Below are positions 13,041-23,582 of a DNA stretch of 64,000 bases, one piece after another. The notes beneath the pieces are model-generated. The model was not told the origin of the DNA and searched no databases. It saw nothing but the letters and a program-made list of their open reading frames with translations. A program made the position numbers and the translations under genes. Origin of the DNA: Lingula anatina. Its lineage: Eukaryota > Animalia > Brachiopoda. Numbering within the stretch: position 1 is the first letter of the stretch; each line of letters starts with the position of its first letter. Location: contig CM120645.1 in assembly GCA_051362555.1 (NCBI GenBank), positions 22,940,001 through 23,004,000 of the forward strand, read 5' to 3'.

Positions 13041-14380
13041 CAGCTAGATTCCAAGTAGAAACTAAATTACTCAGCTTTTTTTGCTGTGGAGAAATCAGTA
13101 ACAAATCCTGACAGTGCTGCTCTTTTCCGTTGAAATGCTTGCTCTGCTGCGTTTACTTCTTTCACTCCCGCAGTAGTACTAACTGAAAGTCTGCAGTTAA
13201 TATGTAGTTGCTGAGGCAGAATTTAACCAGAGATTTTTTTCAAGACCTGAAAATTATTCCAATCTGCGTTGAAAATTAATCAACTCCACAAACAAGGCTG
13301 CATGCTACTCCAGTAGCTAGAGTGCACTAAAGTGCAGGTCCGCTAGTTTATAAATTTCAATATCAGTAGCATCACTGGACTGTACATAGACAGAAGAAGA
13401 GCAGTATTTAAAATCTTAAAAATCCCTTTTAATCAAACCATCAATACAATGGCATCACTATGGCCTCAAAAGTGTCCCCAGCAGAAGCCACTCTGACTTT
13501 GGAATCTGTCCACCTAACGGCCTCCAACTCCAACCACCTCCTCTTTTAGGAAAATAACTCTTCCTAAACTCCTCAAAACTATTTCAACCACGTTGAAGTT
13601 TGTTTGCTCCCAGTGTGAAAAGCTGTGCGGAAGGAGAGATAACGCTGGCCAAACCAACATGAAAACAGCCGTATCAGGACTGGCAGTGGACAGGGGAGGG
13701 AGGCTTGGGGCTATGACACAGGAAGGTCCACGACTCTCCCGGACTGGTGACGACTGTATCAGGGATAAACCACCACAGCAACTCCTGCTTCGTCACTGGG
13801 CTGCATGCCTCACTGACACCAATAGAGTATCGGTCCCCAGTGCAGGGGAAATACTTCTGTTGCTGAGCTCTATGTAAAGCCTGTGACGGGTTATTAACGT
13901 CCCTTTTAGTTTATTAACACAGGTGAGTTAAATGGTTAAACTTTTGTTCCTTTTTTTCCTGTTTTAAATCTTCAGTTAAAAACACCAAACTCCTTTCTCC
14001 CTTTTAGTCTTGGCAACTTTTACACCTCCTCCCGTTGAGATAATCAAATCACAATCAATTTCTCATTCTTTTCTCTCTATCTTCTCTTAATGTTATCCAC
14101 GGAAGCTTCATTAAAACTCTCCCCTATTTAACCTCCTATGCATGCTGCTGTACCAAACCACACAGTGTATTTCCCAGCAGGAAAGGATAAGTACAGCCCC
14201 TCTGCTTGCTAGCTCTGCTTTGCTGCCTGCCAACTCCTCTCTCTCTCCTCTCTGTCCGACAGCTGCCTTCAGCACACTGTGGGTAATCACATGCAAAGTG
14301 TTACCTGATCCAAAGCTGAGACTAGCTGCTGCTGCTGCTGCCCATCTTAATTCTCAACGCCGCCACTAGATGCCACCACC
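13008..14380 (-). mobile_element. Decayed retroelement relic: LINE-like 5' end plus ORF1-like remnants ending in a 31-nt poly(A)
   Basis: Minus strand starts GGTGGCATCTAGTGGCGGCG...AAGATGGGCAGCAGC. Broken frames give GGVKVAKTK/GERSLVFLTEDLKQEKK, resembling the N-terminal part of I/Nimb/Jockey-type gag-like ORF1 (by eye). GC is higher than the flanks. The T31 run at 13008-13038 is poly(A) on minus. No clean TSD. Confidence 0.35.
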
Positions 14381-16300
14381 TTACAGGCTAGGGGTCAGAG
14401 GTTAATTTGACCTGAACTTGAATGGTCAAATAAAAATACCACCGGGCAGTAACAGTTTGTAATCTAGAAACCTTATTGTTGTGTACTGGCAGTTATGAAC
14501 AATGCTGCCAAATTTGTACGTAAAAAAAAAACAAACAAAAAAAAAACGTTTTAATGCCAAACATTGGTAATTTTAGACAATTAATCTGATCAAGCAAATT
14601 TACAAACTCAAAACTGTATGTATTAAACAAGAGAGAGCTCAGAACTATTTCCACTTGTAGATAACGCTACATTAACCTATCCATTTAGTTTCCAAGTTCG
14701 GAGGTTAGATTTTAAAAGAACATTCCTCTCAATGACTTTAACATGTCAGACATTATGTTTGCAACTGAAAAAATGCTGCAGCAGTTGATGAGCCTTGAAT
14801 TCTATGGAGAAGATTTCTTTCTCAGCAAGTGGTCTGAAAATGTGGTAGTAGCATAAAGGAAATGGAAGAATGCTTCCCTTATCTCCTATTATAGAACTTG
14901 AAAACAGTTCCATTCAAGAAAATGAGGAATGTGTATAAGTTTGGAGGGCTTAACAGTGAGGTACTTCATTTCTTATCTCCTGCAGACATTTTCTGTTTAT
15001 TAACTCATTTTTCACTTTTTTTTATTTTCTAAAGTTCACACCTCCAGATTTTCAAAACCTGCCAACAAAATGCTCCAAAAAACATTTCAGGTAAACAAAA
15101 ATACAAATAGTTTGAGAATAACAATTTAAAAGAGTGAAATGTCAAGGGATTTTTTAAACTAAATAGAAAGGAAAAAGGGGTAAAAATAACAGCCACAGGT
15201 TTAAAATCTGCCAGTAATTATCTCCTGGCACATGTTACAATGATGGACACATGTCTGTCATAACGGAAGAATCTTTCCAAACAGAAGCTATAAAAACTTA
15301 ACATGGCTGTCATGGTTGATTTAATCAAGAGGAGCTCATGTTAACAGCTGGCGATCACACCTGACCCGACTACCAAAGATGATCAAAATTAACTGCTTTA
15401 ATAGCAACAAGGATACATTAAGTAACACAATTTGGAGACATTAAGTATAATTTTAATATAGAGTCAATATTAAACATAGGAAGTAAAATTGGTGACATAG
15501 AGATCTGTATTTCTTATCAATTTTTTTTAAATGGTGAAATTAACAACAGTATATCCAATTACAAAAAAGGAAGAATAATCTTAGAAAAATCTTAGAAAAA
15601 GACCAGAACAATTCAGCTGTAGAGAAAAGAGGTCTTTATAATCACAAAAACTGCATAGGCTGATAAATAAAATGAAATTGCCACAGAGAATCTGGAATTC
15701 ACATGAGATGCCTTTTATTACAGAGATCAGATAAAAAAACATCGTCTGGCTTTTAACCTTTGGAATACCTCAAGTTGTCTAAAGATGTAACAGCTTTGGC
15801 TTCCTTCCTCTCTTTATCCCAACATGCTTCGATAGAGACTCGGGTCATCTTACATACAACATGACTACGAAATTCCAATAAAAATACCTGCAGACAGGAT
15901 TTCTGCCAATTTGTGTTTTTTGGGGATTTTCTTTTTTTTGTGGAAACCTTTTGGATATACTTCCAGGAATCTTGTTCGTACTTCCCAGCAAAACAGAGAA
16001 CAATTTTGATCAAACTAAAACTAAAAGTATGCTGGGACGCACTTTTCTGTTTTCTGATATTTCTTATCTCAGTTATCAAAATATTAATTTTTTTATTCTG
16101 GCTGCAAAAACCACTCTACTATGATCTAGCATATTGACCTATATCTGCCTTTTTTTCATTCATAATTTTCATCCCAGTCAAGCTGCAAATTGTTAATCTA
16201 GATCCATCATTCTAATCGGGTTTAGTTCAAGCATGTTGCAAAAATTGAACTTGCCGAAAAAATGTATAAAACCATTCAACTGTTTCTAATTAAGGTATTG

Positions 16301-18952
16301 TAGTCCGGTGGCTTAAGGAAAAAATCGTGACACGGCGGATAAAAGCACCAAATTTTGCATGTGGGTACCTTTTGACATTCTAAATCAAATTAGAGCCGTA
16401 GCCCACGGAAAAAATTTACCGTTTGGCCAAAAAATCCAAAATGGCCGCCAATTTATTGAATTCTTTAGAAATATGTTCATACCTATGTTGATTTTTATCA
16501 AATAAATTATTTTCTCAGAGTTTTCCACACCCTTATTACCCATTTTATTCATATATGTCAGATAGCAAACAAGTTCCCTTGGACTTTTTGAAAAAATCCA
16601 AGATGGCTGTCATTTGCCATAGAAACAGCCATAGGAATACTAGTGCACAACTATTACCAGCTAGAAGGATACGTTGTCCACTATCAAATTAAGTCTGTTT
16701 CTCAGATCTTTGTTACCCACATAATATGTTTGTGGTGAGTAACTACGAAGTGTTCTTGGGCATTTTGGAAAATCCAAGATGGCTGCCATGTGCCACAGGA
16801 ATTCTAGTATACGGGGAATTCAACTAATGGCAACTGGAAAGATTAGTTTTTCACTATCAAATTAAGCTGGTTTCTGAGTGTTTTCCACATCCTTTCTACC
16901 CAAACAATATGTATGTGGTTAGTAACTAACAGTATTCTTGGGCATTTTGAGAAAATCCAAGATGGCCGTCATATGTAATAGGAATACTTCTAGTATTACA
17001 AAGGGTTGGAACTAATGCCAGCTAATTCACTATCAAATTCAGTTTATTTTTTTAGTGTTTTACACATTATTATTACACTGTGATACATATCTAGCAGGTA
17101 ATAAATGTGCATATTTGATCATTTTGAGAAAACCCAAGATGGCCGTCACTGGCCATAGGAATACTACTGGAATTACAACCGCACATCCATGGCTTTTCAT
17201 CTACTACCAGGGTGAATTTGTTTTTGCTTATCAAGTTTTGCCCATCCTTATTAGTCCTATGATATATATCTGGTGGGTAAATACTGTGTATCCTTGGATC
17301 TGAGAAAAAGATACCTACAATTTAACATAGGAATACTAATGGGTGGGTTTCAATTGCTGCTAGAGAGGCATATGGTTCATTATACAATTACATTTCCATG
17401 GGTTTGTTTTAAAAATAATTTATGGTTTTCATTCCATTTATTATTACCCCTATGATGTATACCTGGTCTGTGGCATGTGTGTATCTTTGGGTATTCTGAA
17501 AAAATTCAAGATGTCTGCCTTTTGTCATTAGAATATTCGAACACATAATCAAATAATGCTAGAGATACACCGAGTACGATTTAAATGTAGTTAACTTTGG
17601 GTCGTTTTTAAATGTTTTTCATATCCTATGAAAGACTATGTGTGTTTTGAAAGTGTATATATCCTTGAGTATTATTCGGAGAAAACCCAAGATAGCTGCC
17701 AGTTGTCATAGGAATATATCATTCAAATGCACATAGGTGTCAATTAATAGAACAGTTCAAATAAAGCCGTTTGATGTTTAAACATGTTGACATCCTTATT
17801 AACCTTACTCTTTATAAATCTGGTGTGTAGCAAGTGTGCATCTTGCATATTTGAGAAAATTCAAGATTGCTGCAATTCACAATAGGAATAGTACAGTCAA
17901 CTACTGCCAGAGAAACATTGGGTTCAATATAAAATGAATTTTGTTTCTCGGTATTTCCCACATTCTTTTTGGACTTTTAGATATCTATCTGGTGGGTAAC
18001 AAGTGTATACCCTTAAGTATTTTGAAAAAATATCATGATTACCCTCATTTGCCTTAGAAGTGCCTATAAAATCTAATGCACCAGTTTTCCTATGAGGAAA
18101 AGAAGGCCATCTTGGATTTCCCCAAAATGATAAAATATGGACATTAATTACCTAACAGATATGTGTCATGGGATAATAATACTAAAAAAAAAAAAGAATA
18201 ACAACTGAATTCAGCTTCATTTTATTTGTAAGCCTATCTCTCACAGGTATTAACTGAACCCCACCTTCTACGGCTAATGGCAGCCATTTTGTTTTGTTTT
18301 GTTTTCAAAAAGGATACACATAACATTCTCATCACATATGTATTACGTTAATTAAAAAGATGTGGAAAATACTCAGAAACAAACCTAATTTATCAATTAA
18401 TATTATATCTCCATGGCAGAAGAAGCCCTATGTGTATACTAGTATTCCTTTGATATGGGGGCCATCTTGGATTTTTCTCGAATTGCCTGTGAATAAAGGT
18501 TAGTTACTCCCCACAAATATATTATTTGTGTAATAAGAAACAAAATTAATTAGATAGTGGGCAATGCATCTTCCTAGTTGGCATTATTTAGTTGAAAACC
18601 CTTGTACATGTTCTAGTATTCCTATGCCATACGGCGGCCATCTTGGATTTTTCAATAAGTCCAAGGACACTAGTTTGTTATCTGACACATATGCATAATA
18701 TGGGTAATAAGGATGTGGAAAACATTGAGAAAATACTTAATTTGATAAAAATCAACATAGATATGTATATATTTCTACAAAATTTCACAAATTGGCGGCC
18801 ATTTTGGATTTTTTGGCCAAACGGTAAATTTTTTCCGTGGGCTACGGCTCTAATTTGATTTAGTATGTCAAAAGGTACCCACATGCAAAATTTGGTGCTT
18901 TTATCCGCTGTGTCACGATTTGGCCATTTTTTTGCCCTAAGCAACCGGACTA
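16301..18952. mobile_element. Non-autonomous long-TIR (foldback-like) DNA transposon, probably Academ-derived, filled with ~177-bp internal repeats
   Basis: Left end TAGTCCGGTGGCTTAAGG...AATCGTGACACGGCGGATAAAAGCACCAAATTTTGCATGTGGGTACC... is the near-perfect reverse complement of the right end ...GGTACCCACATGCAAAATTTGGTGCTTTTATCCGCTGTGTCACGATT...CCTAAGCAACCGGACTA. Inverted similarity continues for several hundred bp. TTG flanks both sides (16298-16300 and 18953-18955), a 3-bp TSD. No transposase ORF. The Academ call rests on TAG termini plus a 3-bp TSD and is less certain than the TIR structure itself. Confidence 0.9.
16430..18810. repeat. Internal tandem array of ~160-185-bp units: about 10 forward and 5 inverted, converging near 18080
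   Basis: Anchor AAAATCCAAGATGGC or variants at ~16436, 16598, 16774, 16957, 17134, (17310 degenerate), 17506, 17687, 17861 and 18033 on +. Its reverse complement GCCATCTTGGATTTT or variants at ~18106, 18283, 18461, 18637 and 18798. Confidence 0.85.
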
Positions 18953-20157
18953 TTGAGGTGGGGAATTCACTTATTTGTCTGAACTTTTTTGCTAACACAT
19001 AAGTAAATGAACAAGGACCTCAGCTATTTCTTATATTGTCAGCATTTCGAGCATACTGGCATATTCAAAACTCCCTACATGTAATAATTTACTTATCCCA
19101 TGGTCAGCCTTGATTTTACTATTTGCTCATCCCATAAACGAAAGTCTAATGGACTACACCTAATAATAAAAATTGCATATCTGATGAAAACAGCTGCTAC
19201 AGAATCATTGACATACCCTTAAAGAAATATGTAATTTTGTCTTGTTACATTAAATGTATTGTTCCTCCAAGCACTGTATGGCCCATGCTGCTTGTATATG
19301 GAATTTAGTTATAACTGCACCTAATTACTTGAATTTTTTTCCTTTAAAATTCAAGCCATGAAACAATCTGTTGTGAACCTATTGCAGCTTGCACATACTG
19401 TACAGCCATTCTCGTACCAGGTGATAGAATATCTGAGTTCTGTCTTCACCATCTAATCTCACACATGCTGCTATAAGAGGCCACACCGATGCAGACAAGT
19501 ACAGACTAAAACTTGATCACAAGTTTTTTCCCATTTTCGTTCAATGATCTATGACTCTTGACGTAGGAGATGTCAGCTTGTTTCAGTGAATTCATAGCCA
19601 ACAGTATTAATGTAGAGAGAGAGAGAAGGGGGGAGAAAGAAATTAAAAAAAATACTCACGCATGTACCCATTAAAGCCCCCTCTGAAGAGGTAGGACAGG
19701 TAGTTACAAAAATAAGAGGAAAAAACTTTTATGACAACAAACATGCATGAAATTGCTACCCTCAGTGAAATGACCAAAAAAGAATAGATGACATATAATT
19801 TAAAAATACAGTAAATCAAAGTCACAAACTGAGAAAAGGCTAAATGCCTACTTTAAATGTTTTAACTCCGAGGCAAATTTCCTTTACATTTTGAAAAAGA
19901 AACAAACAAAACAAAACAAAAGAAAACAATGTCAACAGCTCTGTTTAACGACAATAGCAACTGAAGACTCTGTGCCTCTTACAAAGAGAAGACAATAAAA
20001 TTGTTGCCTGCGGTGATTGTTCCAGCGCAGGCAGACACACGGCTCCTGCCGTTATTTCAGGCCATCACTAGTAAACTGTTTAACAGGAAGAAAGAGTGTC
20101 ATTTAGGGCACAGGTCAAGTGGTTTAAGTCATTTAAAAACAGATTATTTCTGCTATG

Positions 20158-20396
20158 TGACAAGAGGCTGGGTGTGACACGCTCCCCGCGGAAAACTGGT
20201 GACAAGTGGACGCGAGTCTTTGACAACATCGTATTTATCATACCGATGCTGACATGTGGAGGGGAGACATTAAGGCACCCCTGATGACAGATGTATGACA
20301 CTGACATTCTGACACTGGGGTGACACAACAGACAGTAGACTTGTAGGGTGTCTTGATGACAGGTGTGACAGTGACAGACAGACAGACAGACAGACA
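20158..20396 (+). promoter_or_regulatory. Homotypic TGACA motif cluster
   Basis: 13 TGACA pentamers, all on +, within ~220 bp with irregular spacers, grading into (GACA)n. Function is inferred only. Confidence 0.4.
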
Positions 20397-21044
20397 CCAG
20401 GGTGATACATCAAGACAAGACACTTGCAGGATGCCTTCAATGAAAAAGCTTTTAAGCTATAACAGATGGACAGGCAACAAGGAAGAGATGATATTCTGTT
20501 ACTGAAACATAAAAGAAAATTAATAAATAATATTTAATCAATATCAACTGAAAATACCAAAGTTAGAAATTCTCGACACACAGAGGTCACAAAGTACTCT
20601 GAATGTGGACACATCTGACAAAGTATACCATTTCAAAACCCATTAGACACAAGGCAGCCCATATCCTCTCCAACCTATCAGATATACAAATATTTGGATC
20701 AGTTGCAGTAATATTCCTGTTACTATACATCGCTACCACACCCTATTGTAGAGATGGACACATTATTGCTGGTCGCATTCACTGGGATGAGATCTATGAC
20801 GGAGTAAAGAGAGAGTATGTCACACATGGGTTTTTATCGTAGGATATTGTACTGAGTTCACAGTTTGCTGTCAGGAAATCAACTACTCCTGCTAAGTGCA
20901 ATATACTTTTTGTTCCCCTGTTGATAACACACAATGACATGTAGTATTATTTTTCAAAGGCTGCATATTTGAGGGGAAATGATATTGTGTATTGCTTTAC
21001 ATCGTGCTGAGCTATAAGCTTAAGGACAAGATAGTGCAATTCTC

Positions 21045-21216
21045 AGTATCAAATTAATAATTTATTGATCACCATCAAAATCTCCAATTCTAAGTCAACC
21101 CATTTCTGACTTATCCCGAAAATTTTATCCAAATCCATCTATAAATATTCAAGTTAGGCTCCCAGTACTAACAAACCAACCTAGGCAAAAACATAACCTG
21201 TTTAGTGGAGGTAAAT
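21045..21216 (+). mobile_element. Fragment of a non-autonomous Helentron/DINE-like element
   Basis: AAATTTTATCCAAATCCATCTATAAATATTCAAGTTA...ACAAACCAAC...AAAACATAACCTGTTTAGTGGAGGTAA, with a (CAAA)-type core and a 3' hairpin remnant. A related end, ACATAACCTCC, occurs near 34275. Confidence 0.4.
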
Positions 21217-21532
21217 ATGACCGGTTCAGAGCTCAAGGACCTGATACCCCATGTGACCTGGTCTACAAAAATGACAAGAAATCAGATAGAGCACAAATAT
21301 ATAAGAAATAGTAAAAGATACCAGGGGCTCGAGAATGACACTAATGAAATTCTGAGTTAACAGATGTTGCCGGAGATTCTGTTTCTTTTGTAGAGTCACA
21401 TCTTGGACTATTTTGATTAATGGAGGATTTCTAGTTATTATTGGCCAGGTAGTAAGTACAACCAGTGCTGTACAGAGGATCAGCACACGACACGCTGAGA
21501 AAGGAATGTCTATGCATAATGACAGCTACATA

Positions 21533-21563
<31 letters not shown>

Positions 21564-21643
21564 ATAACAAATCTGGAATCTTGTAAATCTTCGGGACTAG
21601 ACAACACAATGTGTTGACTTTTTTTATAAAAATCCCCCCCTCC

Positions 21644-21675
<32 letters not shown>

Positions 21676-23457
21676 TGTCATAAAGTGCTTTACTTGTATT
21701 TCTCTTATTTTGTATTGATCAAAACCTGGAAAACTTTAAATTCTGCCACTGTAGCATAACTAATCAAGAATCATTGCAAGTCGAAAGTCAGACAAACACT
21801 TTATCTCCGATAACCCCTTATTTTACCACAAATATGCTCTGTTTTGATTTCATCTCCAAGATTAAATATCATAAGTGTCTTCAGCATCTTATAAGTATTT
21901 ACCCTAAAGAACCCTGTGGTAGCAACTTATCACTTAATTTTACCACAACAATGTCATTTTTAGAATTTTTCTCTTGGTCACATGTCACCTGATCGTTTCT
22001 TCGTGTTATCAACCTTTTAGTATCAGTATCCTTATCACCAATATTAGGAATCTGACACCATGTTTATTGTCATTTTTGTAATGAACATGTACTTTTGTTA
22101 CTTCCCATCAGTAACACAGATTGACACCAAAAAAATCGAAGCTGATAGAAATGAGCTTAAAATTCATGATAATCTTCAGTGCATTTACTTGCCAGTTCAT
22201 CCAAAACACCTAAATCCCCCATAAGTTACACAGCTATCCTGGTTCATCTTTACCAAGATTTCTAGTTAAGAAAGTAAATTTCATCTTAACAATATCATCG
22301 AAAAGACACGACTCTCATTAACAACACCAGCAATTAAAACATATCAATCAAAACTGTCAAGACAGATAGCAGACGAAACCCATGAACTTGTGACACAATA
22401 ATAGAACCACAATGAGATGAAACATTTTTCTCACTATCATAAAGGCAAGAACCCCAGACACAGATAACTAAAATTGAACATTTGATAATTAGATAATTGG
22501 CATAGCTCCTTTTAAGCCAATCAGTTAGAGATCTTCTGCAGATAATTACAACATAATTATTACATACAGAAGAGACATAATCATTAATATCGCCACTATA
22601 ACCTAAAGATCCCATGAACTGAAATTAATTGGTATTTTTTTATCAATGTTACATGCTGCACTCCTCAAATTAAGCAATGTATCGTACATCTTACAACACT
22701 TCAAACATAATTACATCACTGTAAAAGAACAAATGAGGAAATCCCTGAACCCTCGACACTATTAACACCCTTAAATTACTTTCCCTACGTCTTATATTAA
22801 GGAACTTGTTTGTATCATGTTCTCTGTCCTGTGAGACAGTGAGATATTAATTGATATAAAAAAGAAGGCTGACAAACATTAACCACACATTATGGGTGTC
22901 AAGAGCTGGACCCCTTGGGTCAAATAAAGCATATTAAGACATTAACTCAAGAAGGATAATGATTTTATTGGTGAGTTAAGGGGTAATACCATGGTCTTGA
23001 CATAATTCATTAAACACATTTTAAGATAAATGCAATAGCTTGGTCATTTTCACTTTTTTAATACATATTTTCAATATTATGTAGGTTTTTTAAATGCTGA
23101 CCATGTCCAGAAAGGTGAATGTTAATGTCAAAGAGGTTATGTTTTCCACGTCAAAAACGGGAGAGGGGGGTCTGTACAAATCGGCTGAACTCTCATACAT
23201 CATTAGATGATAAGAACATTTAGGACTTCTGATAGCAATCAACCCTCCACCTCCACAGAAAATCTCCCGTTGATAGGGTATCTTGGAGATAATAAGGGTA
23301 AAGTGTCAAGTGCCATGTGTCAAAACTCAGCCCCGCCAACACAAATACACTCTGCTCCAGAGCAGGACAATTTTTTTCACAAAGCAAAGAGTGACATGTG
23401 ATAGACACACACATGTTACATTACCTTTCCCCATCAAACATGTTTGCTAAGGTGTAT

Positions 23458-23460
<3 letters not shown>

Positions 23461-23508
<48 letters not shown>

Positions 23509-23582
23509 GAAGGAAAAAAAGAGTGAGGGGGGAGAGAGAGAAAGAAGGGAAGAGGGAAAGAGGAAGAGAGAAAGAGAGAGAG
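23461..23582. repeat. (GA)n / polypurine tract
   Basis: About 120 nt of almost pure purines on +. Confidence 0.95.

Noticed and set aside
16430-18810. Regularly spaced CCAAGATGGC repeats as a CRISPR-like array
   Set aside because: The spacers are ~160 bp and homologous to each other, the orientation flips, the array is bounded by TIRs, the context is eukaryotic and no cas genes are present.
21700-22700. Possible decayed CR1/L2 ORF1-endonuclease region on minus
   Set aside because: The composition looks like an old LINE, but I could not recover a diagnostic motif with confidence.
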